From Pseudobdellovibrionaceae bacterium (lineage in GTDB: Bacteria; Bdellovibrionota; Bdellovibrionia; Bdellovibrionales; UBA1609): DNA of 64,000 nt. Positions 18,258 through 28,453 of this stretch are shown piece by piece. How positions within the stretch are numbered: the stretch's first letter is position 1; each line of letters begins with the position of its first letter. A program made the position numbers and the translations under genes. Location: the NCBI GenBank assembly GCA_043757545.1, contig JAYVPG010000118.1, positions 17,286-81,285 of the forward strand, written 5' to 3'. The notes beneath the pieces were generated by a model, which saw nothing but the letters and a program-made list of their open reading frames with translations, was not told where the DNA came from and ran no database searches.

Positions 18258-19925
18258 ATGAGGAGACTTCCGATGATTCGCTCAGTGCTTTTGATGGTTT
18301 TTGCAGGCTCGGCGATCGCCACAGCCGCTATCCCGCCGTTGAAGGTGAATCCATTGGGTACCGTCGACGCTCCCGTCGGAGGCATTTTAAACCGAAATCT
18401 CGCCGGCGAGCCGGAGACCTTTAGCCCCATCAACGCGCAAGACGGTTACTCCAGTGTTGTCCGTGAGTACGTCATGGAAGGGCTGCTCTATTTAAATCCC
18501 GATACTTATGAATTTGAGCCGGGACTAGCGGAGAGCTACGAGGTCTCTAAGGACTTTTTGCTCTACACGTTTCATCTTAATAAAAACGCAAAATGGTTCG
18601 ACGGCCAACCGGTCACCTCAGAAGACGTCAAATTTACTTTCGATTTGGTCAAGGATCCCGCGTTTAAGGCGGCATTTCGTATTCCGTATTATGAAGATGT
18701 GGATTCGGTGGAAGCAAGCGACCCTTTAACCGTCAAAGTTAAAATGAAGAAAAAATATTTTAAAAATTTGGAAGTTTTGAGCACGATTGGATTTAGTCCG
18801 ATTGTGCCGAAGCATATTTATGGAGACCCAAAAAAGAAATTCGAGGGAGCACCTCTCTTTGGATCCGGTGCTTACAAGGTTGAGGCTTACAATCGTGGGA
18901 AAAATATCACGATCGTTCGCAACCCTGACTGGTGGGCGAAGGACCTTCCGAATATGAAGAGCATTGCGAAATTTGAACGCATTAATTTTCGTTTTATTAA
19001 GGAAGAAAACCTTCAATTGGAAATGGTGAAGAAGGGTCAGCTCGACTACGTTTGGCCGATCAGGGTTGAGACCTATGAACAAAAAGCTGTGGGCGAACCC
19101 TTTGGCACGACCATCCGTAAAGTTCAGGCGGAAAATAAGAAGCCGAAGCTCTGGGGATTCGTCGCTTGGAATTTTAAAAATCCGATATTCAAAGATAAAA
19201 ACGTGCGTATCGCCCTTTCGCACCTTTTAAATCGAAAACTTCTGATCGAAAAATTTCAGTTTGGCAAAGCGGTCGAGGGCGTTGGTCCGTTTTATTATAA
19301 AAGTCAGTTTGCTTCGCCTTCGGTCAAACCCATTGAATTCAGTCCTACGAAGGCGGCGGCCCTCTTAAAAAAAGCGGGGTGGACGGACAAGGAGAAAAAG
19401 GGAGTCCTGCAAAAAGAAATCGACGGGAAAACTACGGAGTTCCGCTTTACGCTGTTGCTACCCAATCGCGACGTTGAAAAATATTTTACGCTTTACAAAG
19501 AGGACCTAAAAAAAGCCGGCATTGATCTCGAAATCAAACTTGTCGAATGGAGCACTTTCACCAAGCTCCTTGAGGAACAAAAATTTGATGCGGTGACCTT
19601 GGCCTGGGGAAACGAAAGTCCTGAGAACGATCTCAAACAAGTGTGGCATTCGGAGAGCGCACGTTTAGGCGGCTCTAATTTTATTTCCTATTCTAACAAA
19701 GAAGTCGACAAGCTGATCGATCAAGCGCGCGGCGAGATGGATACGAAAAAGCGCGTGGGAATCTGGCAGAAGGCCGGCAAGCTGATATCAGAGGACGCGC
19801 CTTATACGTTTTTGTTTAATTTAAAGTACGATTTGTATTTGGTGAATAAGCGCGTCGGCTTTGATAAGACGACTTATACTTACGATCTCAGTCATCACTA
19901 TTGGTACATGTCCAAAGATATTTAG
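18258..19925 (+). CDS. Peptide ABC transporter substrate-binding protein (family 5)
   Basis: Signal peptide, PGLAESYEVS, WFDGQPVTSEDVKFT, GSGAYKV, VRIALS. Confidence 0.9.
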   Translation: MRRLPMIRSVLLMVFAGSAIATAAIPPLKVNPLGTVDAPVGGILNRNLAGEPETFSPINAQDGYSSVVREYVMEGLLYLNPDTYEFEPGLAESYEVSKDFLLYTFHLNKNAKWFDGQPVTSEDVKFTFDLVKDPAFKAAFRIPYYEDVDSVEASDPLTVKVKMKKKYFKNLEVLSTIGFSPIVPKHIYGDPKKKFEGAPLFGSGAYKVEAYNRGKNITIVRNPDWWAKDLPNMKSIAKFERINFRFIKEENLQLEMVKKGQLDYVWPIRVETYEQKAVGEPFGTTIRKVQAENKKPKLWGFVAWNFKNPIFKDKNVRIALSHLLNRKLLIEKFQFGKAVEGVGPFYYKSQFASPSVKPIEFSPTKAAALLKKAGWTDKEKKGVLQKEIDGKTTEFRFTLLLPNRDVEKYFTLYKEDLKKAGIDLEIKLVEWSTFTKLLEEQKFDAVTLAWGNESPENDLKQVWHSESARLGGSNFISYSNKEVDKLIDQARGEMDTKKRVGIWQKAGKLISEDAPYTFLFNLKYDLYLVNKRVGFDKTTYTYDLSHHYWYMSKDI

Positions 19926-20936
19926 ATGTTGAAGTACACGCTCTATCGGCTGCTCTGGATGCTTCCGACGCTTTTCGGGATCACCTTGGTCTGCTTCGTG
20001 GTGATCAATTTAGCTCCGGGCAGTCCGTGGGAAGACGAATTGTCGAAGATGCGCTTTGCCGGAGCTTCGAGCTCTGGCACTGGTGGCGCCGTTTCCGGAG
20101 AAGTCATCGAGGCGATCAAAAAACAATACGGTTTTGATCAGCCGCTTCATATGCGCTATCTGCTTTGGCTAAAAAATATCGTCACGCTCGATTTTGGCGA
20201 GAGTTTTAAGCATAAACGCCAGGTGATCGAAGTCATTGGCGAGCGCCTGCCGATCTCACTCCAGTTCGGAGTGATTTCACTGATTCTCATTTACCTGATT
20301 AGTATTCCTCTAGGGATTTCAAAGGCGGTGAGAGACGGTCATCACTTTGATCTTTGGTCGAGCGTTCTGTTGATGACGATGTACTCGGTGCCACCGCTCA
20401 TTTTGGGAATTTTGATGCAACAGTTTTTGGCCGGCGAATCGTTTTTAAATATGTTTCCGCTCGGTGAACTCTACTCCGACTCTTATCAAAGTATGAACCT
20501 TTGGCATAAGTTTCTGGATCGAGCCCATCATTTTATCTTGCCGTTGACTTGCTACGTGATGACCGGATTTACGGTGCTCGTCTTTTTAATGAAGAATTCT
20601 CTGTTAGAGGAGATCCGCTTGGATTATGTGCGCACTGCGCGCGCCAAGGGTCTTGATGAGCACACTGTCATTTACAAACACGCTTTGCGAAATGCTCTGA
20701 TCCCGATTCTTACGGGTCTTGGCAGTTTTTTAACGGTTTTTCTGGCGGGCTCCATCGTTATTGAACGCGTCTTTAATATTTATGGGATGGGACTGCTCAG
20801 CATCGAGGCCATTTTCGCCCGCGACTACAACGTGATCATGGCGCTGATATTTTTGCAGAGCGTACTCTCGATGGTCGGTCGTTTGATCTCGGATGTGACC
20901 TATGTGTTGGTCGATCCAAGGATTGATTTCAAATGA
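19926..20936 (+). CDS. Peptide ABC permease (OppB/YejB-like)
   Basis: LPTLFGIT, APG, DFGES, DYVRTARAKGL, HALRNALIP, DPRI. Confidence 0.9.
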   Translation: MLKYTLYRLLWMLPTLFGITLVCFVVINLAPGSPWEDELSKMRFAGASSSGTGGAVSGEVIEAIKKQYGFDQPLHMRYLLWLKNIVTLDFGESFKHKRQVIEVIGERLPISLQFGVISLILIYLISIPLGISKAVRDGHHFDLWSSVLLMTMYSVPPLILGILMQQFLAGESFLNMFPLGELYSDSYQSMNLWHKFLDRAHHFILPLTCYVMTGFTVLVFLMKNSLLEEIRLDYVRTARAKGLDEHTVIYKHALRNALIPILTGLGSFLTVFLAGSIVIERVFNIYGMGLLSIEAIFARDYNVIMALIFLQSVLSMVGRLISDVTYVLVDPRIDFK

Positions 20937-21958
20937 TCGAGCGTTGGATTAAAAATGAGATCACCCTCAATCGTATTCGGCGCTTCAAATCTGTGCGTCG
21001 GTCCTTGGGTGCAGTTTGGGTTTTAAGTTTTCTTATCCTGCTCGCGATCACCGGTGAATTTTGGGCGAATAGCAAACCACTACTGATGAAGTTCGAGGGC
21101 TCATACTACGCTCCCGTATTGATGACCTACCATCCGAGTGTGTTCAATCAGGATGGCTTTGTTAGCAACTATCGTGCACTGGATTTGAAGAAAAACGGCA
21201 ACTGGGCGATTTGGCCATTGGTGAGTTGGAATGCGTTTGAATCCAACGAGGCCTTGACCAGTTACCCATCGCCCCCATCACGCGCCAATTGGTTTGGAAC
21301 CGATGACCGCGGGCGGGACGTGCTGGCGCGTTTGATTTTTGGTTTTCGTTTTAGTTTTGGTTATGCGATCTCGGTATGGATTTTAGCTTTCACCATCGGG
21401 GTAGCGGCAGGCTCGGTGATGGGATTCGCGGGTGGGAAAATCGATCTTCTCGGCCAGCGAGTCGTCGAGGTTTTCGATGCCTTGCCCTATTTGCTGATGC
21501 TTCTGACCTTGCTCGCTTTTCTGCATTCCTCAATGGCCCTGTTGATTGGATTTTCCGTTCTGCTGGGCTGGATGCGCATTTCAAACTTCATGCGCGCCGA
21601 GTTCTTAAAATTGCGCAAACGAGATTTTGTAGAGGCCGCCCGCGCGCAAGGAGTCGGCACTTTCCGTATCTTATTTCGCCATATTTTACCCAATGGTCTC
21701 GGACCTCTGATCACGTTTTCGCCGGCCGAAGTCGCGACCAACATCTACACGCTGGTCATTTTGGACTATCTGGGACTCGGCCTCCCGCCGCCGACCCCGA
21801 GTTGGGGCGAACTTTTACAGCAAGCTCAAGGCAATGTCGGCATCGCGTGGTGGCTCGCGGTCTTTCCCTCATTGGCCATGATCGTCACTCTGACCTCGCT
21901 CACATTTATTGGCGAAGGCATCCGCGAAGCATACGATCCTCGCAAATTATTGAATTAG
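20933..21958 (+). CDS. Peptide ABC permease (OppC/YejE-like)
   Basis: WFGTDDRGRDVLAR, DFVEAARAQG, HILPN, LDYLGLG..PSWGELL. Confidence 0.9.
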   Translation: MIERWIKNEITLNRIRRFKSVRRSLGAVWVLSFLILLAITGEFWANSKPLLMKFEGSYYAPVLMTYHPSVFNQDGFVSNYRALDLKKNGNWAIWPLVSWNAFESNEALTSYPSPPSRANWFGTDDRGRDVLARLIFGFRFSFGYAISVWILAFTIGVAAGSVMGFAGGKIDLLGQRVVEVFDALPYLLMLLTLLAFLHSSMALLIGFSVLLGWMRISNFMRAEFLKLRKRDFVEAARAQGVGTFRILFRHILPNGLGPLITFSPAEVATNIYTLVILDYLGLGLPPPTPSWGELLQQAQGNVGIAWWLAVFPSLAMIVTLTSLTFIGEGIREAYDPRKLLN

Positions 21959-21979
21959 AAATTCGGCCCCAGTCCCGGT

Positions 21980-22006
21980 GTTCAGTGCAGATCCCTGCGC
22001 TGGAAC
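21980..22006 (+). terminator. Possible terminator hairpin after the ABC operon
   Basis: CAGTGCAG-ATCC-CTGCGCTG stem-loop; weak U tract. Confidence 0.35.
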
Positions 22007-22084
22007 GATTCTTGCGATCTCACAATGTAGAAATCATAAGGCTATATTCAGTTCACTCTAGCGTGTTTTCGAGGTGGCAAACCT

Positions 22085-23011
22085 TTGAGCACTCCGGGTG
22101 GAAAATTCATGGTGTGGAGGATGTTCGTGCGCCGTCAACTTTTAGTGTTTGCAAGTCTCTTGAGCCTTCTCATCGGTTTTGCGTCTGGCGCGTCGGCTGA
22201 AGTCGTCTTGAAAGGGTTTACCTGGAAAAAGAATGGTCGACTTCTGCTGACTGTCAGCGTGGACGGGCAGCCGATTTCGTTTAAAGGTGATCTGCGCGAT
22301 GGGTCCACTGTCGAAATCAAAGAGGGCGTTATCAATGTCTATGCTAAATCCTATGACAACGGTGCGAGCTTTCTGACCGTGATGGTAACCTCGGATGCAG
22401 ACGACGTGGCCGCGCTTTTCGTGCTCGAAGGTCAGTTTCTTGCGAATACTCCATTGACCTTTAAAGAGCTCAATAGCCATCCCATTCTAGGTCGCAAAGC
22501 TACGATGCGCGTTTCCCTAGAGGCGGCTTTCGACGGCCTTAAGCAAATGAACGGTTGGGACGCCCCGCTTTGTATTCGTAAACTGATCGAATACACCGAT
22601 GCAAATCCCAGTGGCAAAATCGAAGATTTCACGGATCAAGTGGAACTCAAAAATATGAATTCTGTAGCGATGCCAAAAAAGCTCGGGCAGAAAAATGGAA
22701 ATACCGAAACGATTGAAACTCCGGACGTTCCCGGCGATTCCCCCCGGTACTCCGCTGAGAACCCGATGCCTTCTCCGGTGGTGGTTAATGAGGATCAAGT
22801 GGATCCTCAAGATCAACAAGATCCGCAAATGACGGCGCAGGAAGAAGCTCGCCGTATTCGACTCAAACGAGAAAAGGCCCGCCGTGAGCGCGACCGTCGC
22901 CAGCGTGAATTGGCGCGCCAGCGAGAGTTAGATCGGCAGAATGGTTACGGAGACAATCAAGACGGGTACGATAACCAAGACGGCTACGACCCGTACTACA
23001 GCACCAACTAG
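22085..23011 (+). CDS. Exported hypothetical protein with charged helix and DNQDGY repeats
   Basis: Signal peptide ending ASGASA (true start probably a downstream Met); R/E-rich segment and acidic Tyr-rich tail. Confidence 0.7.
   Translation: MSTPGGKFMVWRMFVRRQLLVFASLLSLLIGFASGASAEVVLKGFTWKKNGRLLLTVSVDGQPISFKGDLRDGSTVEIKEGVINVYAKSYDNGASFLTVMVTSDADDVAALFVLEGQFLANTPLTFKELNSHPILGRKATMRVSLEAAFDGLKQMNGWDAPLCIRKLIEYTDANPSGKIEDFTDQVELKNMNSVAMPKKLGQKNGNTETIETPDVPGDSPRYSAENPMPSPVVVNEDQVDPQDQQDPQMTAQEEARRIRLKREKARRERDRRQRELARQRELDRQNGYGDNQDGYDNQDGYDPYYSTN
22952..22987 (+). repeat. Tandem 18-bp coding repeat (DNQDGY x2)
   Basis: GACAATCAAGACGGGTAC GATAACCAAGACGGCTAC. Confidence 0.8.
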
Positions 23012-23014
23012 ACG

Positions 23015-24058
23015 TTACCAGTTGAGAATATAAGCGAACATCAGCGGCGCAACGATGGAAGCGTCGGACTCAATGATGTAGCGCTTGGACGATTTATCCA
23101 GCTTGCCCCAAGTGATTTTCTCATTGGGAACTGCGCCTGAATAGGATCCGTACGAAGTCGTCGAATCGCTAATCTGACAAAAGTACGACCACTTCGGAGT
23201 GTCGCGCTCCATATCTTGTTGCAACATCGGCACAACACAGATCGGGAAGTCACCGGCGATACCGCCACCGATTTGATAGAAGCCAATGCCTTGTTTGTTC
23301 TCGGTCTTCATATACCAGTTGGCAAGTTCGACCATGTACTCCGGTCCGATCTTCAGACAATCTTTCTTAATCGTCTTGCGCATCAAATGGCCCGCAAAAA
23401 TATTGCCGAGAGTGGAGTCTTCCCAACCCGGAACAACCATCGGCAAATTCCGCTCAGCCGCAGCCAGCAGCCACGAATTTTTCGGATCGATTTGATAAGA
23501 CTTCTCCAGGGAGCCGTCGAGTAGAATCTGATAAAAATACTCGTGCGGGAAATAAGATTCGCCCTTCGCCGTCGCCGTTTCCCATTTGGTGAGAATCTGT
23601 TTTTCAATACGGCGAATGGCTTGCTCTTCCGGAATACAAGTGTCGGTGACGCGATTAAGATGCTTGGCCAATAACTCCATCTCTTGATCAGGAGTCAATT
23701 CGCGCCAATTGGGAATGCGCACGTAATCTTCATGAGCAACTAAGTTGAAAACATCTTCCTCTAAGTTTGCGCCAGTGCAAGAGATCGCATGAATTTTTCC
23801 GGCGCGAATCATCTCAGCGAGCGAGATGCCGAGCTCGGCGGAGCTCATGGCTCCGGCCATACTGACGAGCATTTTGCCGCCGTTAGCGATATGCTCGTTG
23901 TAAGCCTCACTCGCGTCTTTCAAAGTCGCGGAGTTGAAGTGCCGGTAGTGATGATTAATAAACTGAGTGACTGGGCCCAGTTTAGAGGTTTGCGTCTGTG
24001 CTCCCGCCGTTGGTGAACGCCCCGATATTTTGTCCGTTGGTTGTCCCATTTGCCCCAT
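23015..24058 (-). CDS. Deoxyhypusine synthase-like protein (SpeY-like)
   Basis: HHYRHFN, TGANLEED, LNRVTD, GGGIAGDF, YSGAVPNEKITWGK, SDASIVAP. Confidence 0.88.
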   Translation of the reverse strand: MGQMGQPTDKISGRSPTAGAQTQTSKLGPVTQFINHHYRHFNSATLKDASEAYNEHIANGGKMLVSMAGAMSSAELGISLAEMIRAGKIHAISCTGANLEEDVFNLVAHEDYVRIPNWRELTPDQEMELLAKHLNRVTDTCIPEEQAIRRIEKQILTKWETATAKGESYFPHEYFYQILLDGSLEKSYQIDPKNSWLLAAAERNLPMVVPGWEDSTLGNIFAGHLMRKTIKKDCLKIGPEYMVELANWYMKTENKQGIGFYQIGGGIAGDFPICVVPMLQQDMERDTPKWSYFCQISDSTTSYGSYSGAVPNEKITWGKLDKSSKRYIIESDASIVAPLMFAYILNW

Positions 24059-25997
24059 TGTATTGATCCTTCTTTTGCGAAAGAAACGGCATCGCCGACT
24101 CTTCCGTTAAATATGTGTAACTGGATAATCCCCGCTCATAGTGTTCCAATAGCAAACGTGCTTCTGATCGTGAGATCGTGCCTTTGAGAATGCTGCTCTC
24201 GGTGGCTTTGCGGATACGCTCCAAAAGGTCGGCGCGATTGTACTCCACGTACTGCAGAACCTCTTTCACGTCGTCGCCTTCGACCACGTGATCAATCTGA
24301 TAGCCATTTTCATTCAACGAAACGTGAACCGCATCGGTATCACCAAAGAGGTTGTGCAAATCGCCCAAGATCTCTTGATAAGCACCGGTCAAGAACACGC
24401 CCATGTAGTAGGGTTGTCCGGGCTCGAGTGCATGCACCTCAAGATACTTTTGCTCGCCGCCAGTTTCAGCATCGATAAAGTTGGTGATGTTTCCGTCAGA
24501 GTCGCAAGTCAGGTCGACCAAAATCGCGCGGCGATCGGGGCGATCCTTTAAGCGATGAATCGGCAAGATCGGAAAAAGTTGATCTAGCGCCCAAGAGTCG
24601 GGGAGTGATTGGAACACCGAGAAGTTACAGAAATATGTGTCCGAGAGTTCTTGCTCCAAAGCGTAGCGAATATCTTCGAGCTCACTGTTGCCGCGAGCGA
24701 TATCCACGATTTTAGTAGCGATCGCACGGAACAAATCCTCGGCCTTCGCGCGCTGCTCAAGACTGAGCACGCCGTACGTGAAGAGCTGAAGGGTGTCGCG
24801 CTTTTTCTCAATCAAATCGTTGTAGTACTCATTGATATTGTCTTTGGTCAGCGAGCGATAAATATCCCAAAGGTCTTGCACCAGGCGCGACTCTTTTTCC
24901 ACATTGGGCAAAACTAAATCACGTAGAGTGACTTCGCTATGGCCAAGAACATCGAACACCAAGGCTGTGGCGTGAGCGACCAGCGCGCGGCCACTCTCAG
25001 AAATAATATCCGGATGTGGGATTTTCTTTTCATCGCAGATCGATTGCAAGATCGCCACGATGTCGTTGGCGTACTCTTGCTCCGAGTAATTAGTAGAGCT
25101 GTCGGAGCGACCCGAGCCGTCGTAATCCACGCCCAATCCGCCGCCCACATCGATGTACTTGAGCTGTGCGCCCATGGCGTAGATCTCTGTGAAGAATCGC
25201 GCGCCCTCTTTGATCGCCGCTTTGATCGCTTGAATCGAGGGAATTTGCGAGCCGATATGAAAGTGAATGAGTTGCAGACAGTCGAGCATGTTCTCACCAC
25301 GCAAGACCTCAAGTCCCTTCACGATTTCCGAGGGAGTCAGACCAAATTTAGATTTTGCGCCCGAAGTTTCCGACCAGCGGCCGCTGCCGGGAGTGTTTAA
25401 TTTCGTGCGGAAACCAATGTTGGGACGAATATTCAACCGGCGCGACGCTGCGATAATCATTTGCAGCTCAGAGAAACGATCGACCACGATAAACGTATTG
25501 CGACCGAGCTTCTGCGAGATCAAAGCCATCTCGATGTACTCTTGATCTTTAAAGCCATTGCATATGATCAGAGCATTCGGAGTGTCCATGTGTGCAAGTG
25601 TGATCAAAAGCTCGGGTTTACTGCCGGCCTCGAGACCCATGCGATGGAACTGACCGAAGTCCAAAATTTCTTCGACCAGATGTTTTTGTTGATTCACTTT
25701 GATCGGGTAAACGCCACGATAGACGCCACCGTACTTGGCCTCTTCAATGGCGCGAGAAAAACAACCGTTCAAAAGTTCAATGCGAGATTTGATAATGTCG
25801 GGAAAGCGCAAAAGAATCGGCAGGCGAATTCCGCGCTCGAGTAAATCTTGAATCAGAGTGTGGAGATCTAATCCGGGACCCGTCATGCCCGCGGGCTTAA
25901 CTTCCACATTGCCCGCTTCGTTGATGCGGTAAAAATTGGCGCCCCAGTAATTGATTCCGTAAAGGTCAGCTGATTTTTTCGTATTCCATTCACTCAT
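23982..25997 (-). CDS. speA: Biosynthetic arginine decarboxylase
   Basis: YPIKVNQ (PLP Lys), GLEAGSKPEL, KSKFGL, HFHIGSQ, DVGGGLGVDYDG, DLTCDSDG, GAYQEILGDLHNLFGD. Confidence 0.95.
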   Translation of the reverse strand: MSEWNTKKSADLYGINYWGANFYRINEAGNVEVKPAGMTGPGLDLHTLIQDLLERGIRLPILLRFPDIIKSRIELLNGCFSRAIEEAKYGGVYRGVYPIKVNQQKHLVEEILDFGQFHRMGLEAGSKPELLITLAHMDTPNALIICNGFKDQEYIEMALISQKLGRNTFIVVDRFSELQMIIAASRRLNIRPNIGFRTKLNTPGSGRWSETSGAKSKFGLTPSEIVKGLEVLRGENMLDCLQLIHFHIGSQIPSIQAIKAAIKEGARFFTEIYAMGAQLKYIDVGGGLGVDYDGSGRSDSSTNYSEQEYANDIVAILQSICDEKKIPHPDIISESGRALVAHATALVFDVLGHSEVTLRDLVLPNVEKESRLVQDLWDIYRSLTKDNINEYYNDLIEKKRDTLQLFTYGVLSLEQRAKAEDLFRAIATKIVDIARGNSELEDIRYALEQELSDTYFCNFSVFQSLPDSWALDQLFPILPIHRLKDRPDRRAILVDLTCDSDGNITNFIDAETGGEQKYLEVHALEPGQPYYMGVFLTGAYQEILGDLHNLFGDTDAVHVSLNENGYQIDHVVEGDDVKEVLQYVEYNRADLLERIRKATESSILKGTISRSEARLLLEHYERGLSSYTYLTEESAMPFLSQKKDQYNGANGTTNGQNIGAFTNGGSTDANL

Positions 25998-26032
25998 CGG
26001 ATTCGCATCCCCTTATAAAGGCCAACGGCCAC

Positions 26033-28453
26033 CTATTTCACGATAATGTTGAGAATCTTACCGGGTTTATAGATGACCTTAGCAACTGTTTTTCCTTCTA
26101 TCGCATTTTTGACAGCATTTTGTCCGTGGGCCAAGGATAAAGCGTCCTCTTCACTGGCATTTAGAGCAATTTCAATTGTTCCACGCGTCTTGCCATTGAC
26201 TTGCACGCCGATGCTCGCCACATCGTCTTGCACCAAAGCCGCGTCAAAAGCAGGCCACGGGGCAAGTGCCACAAAGCCCTTCCCACCCAGGCGCGACCAG
26301 AGTTCTTCGCTAATATGCGGCGCGAGTGGCGCCAGAAGTTGAGTCAGCGGCCGCAAAACCGCGCCGGACCTGACGTTTAGGCTGTAGATTTCATTGAGTA
26401 AAATCATCATGGCGCTGATCGAGGTGTTGAAGCTCATGTTCTCAAAGTCCTCGCCCACTTTTTTAATCGTCTTATGCAAAAGCTTGTTTAGGCTGGCGGG
26501 AATTTCGCCCTCGCTCAGCGGAATATTATTTCCGGCCTCATCGACCACTAAGCGCCAGACGCGATCGAGGAAGCGGTGAACTCCAGAAATCCCTTCTGTT
26601 GCCCAGGGTTTGTCTTTGTCGAAGGGTCCGAGGAACGAAATATACATGCGAGCGGCGTCGGCTCCGTATTGCGTGCGGACCTCATCCGGGTTCACCACAT
26701 TGCCGCGGGATTTGGACATGCGCTGACCGTCTGGGCCCATGATCGTGCCCTGATGCGCGAGTTTTTTGATCGGCTCATCATGGCTGACCAAACCTGCGTC
26801 AAATAGCACTTTGTGCCAGAACCGCGCGTAGAGAAGATGCCCAACCGTGTGCTCGGGCCCGCCCACGTACAAATCCACCGGCATCCAGTACTTCTGCTTC
26901 GCGAAATCGAAGGCCGCCTCGCGGTTTTTCGGGTCCGTGTATCTTAAAAAATACCATGAGGAGCCCGCAGAGCCTGGCATAGTGTCCGTGTCACGGCGGC
27001 CTTTTTCGCCGCTCTTGGGGTCTTTGTAATTTACAAATTCAGCCACGCGCGCCAAGGGCGGCTCGCCGTTTTCCGTGGGCTCGTAGTCGGCGACCTCAGG
27101 CAAGAGCACGGGCAATTCATCGGGAGAGAGTCCACGTGTCCCCGATTTTTCCATATGCACGATGGGGAATGGCTCTCCCCAGTAGCGTTGGCGTGAGAAC
27201 AGCCAATCGCGCAACTTGTATTGAATCTCACGGCGGCCAAGTTTTCCGCTTTCGAGAGTCGAGATCGCTTTTTCAATCGCCTCGGGCTTGCTTAGGCCAG
27301 AGAGAAAGCCAGAGTTGACCAGCTTGCCATCGCCCTCAAACGGCAACTCCGTCGTGCTTTCGAGAACGCGCACCACAGGGAGTTTAAATTTCGTGGCGAA
27401 TTCGAAGTCGCGTGAGTCGTGTCCCGGAACTCCCATGATCGCGCCGGTTCCGTAGTCCATTAAAACGTAGTCGGCAATCCACACCGGAATGCGCGCTTTG
27501 GGGTCGCTGGCCTCGAGCAGGGGATTTAAAGCGTAGCCGCCGGTGAAGACGCCCGTTTTTTCAGTCGCCGCTTTGCGCTCGAGCTCGCTCTTGCGACTGG
27601 AGGTATCCACATAGTTTTGCACCGCGGTTTTTTGTGCGCTCGAGGCCATCGCGCTCACCAGCGGATGCTCAGGCGCCAGAACCATAAACGTCACGCCGAA
27701 AATCGTGTCGGGACGCGTGGTGAAGACTTCGAGTTTTTCTTTTTTATCTAAGAGAGTGAACGCGACATGGGCGCCCTCACTCTTGCCAATCCAATTGCGC
27801 TGACCTTCTTTGGTGCGCTCGGGCCAATCGATGCGGTCCAAGCCCTCGAGCAAGCGCTCGGCATAGGCGGTGATCTTAAGCATCCACTGCTTCATCGGTT
27901 TACGAATCACCGGATGATCGCCGCGCTCGCTTTTGCCGTCGATGACTTCCTCATTGGCCAAAACTGTGCGCAGAGCCGGGCACCAGTTGACCGGGACTTC
28001 TTTTTGATAGGCCAGGCCCTTTTCATAGAGCTTCAGGAATATAAATTGAGTCCATTTGTAAAAGTCGGGCTCACAGGTCGAAACCTCGCGCTCCCAATCA
28101 AAGCTATAGCCAAAGGACTTGAGCTGACGGCGAAAGTTCTCAATGGCTTTACGCGTGGTCTCGGCCGGATGGATTCCGGTTTGAATGGCGTACTGTTCTG
28201 CCGGCAGGCCAAACGCATCGTAGCCCATGGGGTGTAAAACTTGAAAACCCTTGGCGCGTTTAAAGCGCGAAACGATGTCGGTGGGAGTGTACGAGGCCAA
28301 ATGGCCCACATGTAGACCCGCGCCCGACGGATAGGGGAACATATCAAGGGCATAATATTTTGGTTTTGAGGTGTCTTCGGGCGTACGAAAGCATTGGGCT
28401 TTTTCCCAAGCGGCTTGCCACTTTTGATCAATCTCGTTATGCGGATAAGACAT
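26033..28453 (-). CDS. leuS: Leucine--tRNA ligase
   Basis: MFPYPSGAGLHVGH, FTTRPDT, DWLFSRQRYWG, RMSKS, QVNGK; start taken at ATG 28453. Confidence 0.96.
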   Translation of the reverse strand: MSYPHNEIDQKWQAAWEKAQCFRTPEDTSKPKYYALDMFPYPSGAGLHVGHLASYTPTDIVSRFKRAKGFQVLHPMGYDAFGLPAEQYAIQTGIHPAETTRKAIENFRRQLKSFGYSFDWEREVSTCEPDFYKWTQFIFLKLYEKGLAYQKEVPVNWCPALRTVLANEEVIDGKSERGDHPVIRKPMKQWMLKITAYAERLLEGLDRIDWPERTKEGQRNWIGKSEGAHVAFTLLDKKEKLEVFTTRPDTIFGVTFMVLAPEHPLVSAMASSAQKTAVQNYVDTSSRKSELERKAATEKTGVFTGGYALNPLLEASDPKARIPVWIADYVLMDYGTGAIMGVPGHDSRDFEFATKFKLPVVRVLESTTELPFEGDGKLVNSGFLSGLSKPEAIEKAISTLESGKLGRREIQYKLRDWLFSRQRYWGEPFPIVHMEKSGTRGLSPDELPVLLPEVADYEPTENGEPPLARVAEFVNYKDPKSGEKGRRDTDTMPGSAGSSWYFLRYTDPKNREAAFDFAKQKYWMPVDLYVGGPEHTVGHLLYARFWHKVLFDAGLVSHDEPIKKLAHQGTIMGPDGQRMSKSRGNVVNPDEVRTQYGADAARMYISFLGPFDKDKPWATEGISGVHRFLDRVWRLVVDEAGNNIPLSEGEIPASLNKLLHKTIKKVGEDFENMSFNTSISAMMILLNEIYSLNVRSGAVLRPLTQLLAPLAPHISEELWSRLGGKGFVALAPWPAFDAALVQDDVASIGVQVNGKTRGTIEIALNASEEDALSLAHGQNAVKNAIEGKTVAKVIYKPGKILNIIVK

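Noticed and set aside
21376-22200. 274-aa alternative-frame ORF
   Set aside because: Arg/Ser-rich off-frame read of the ABC permease gene
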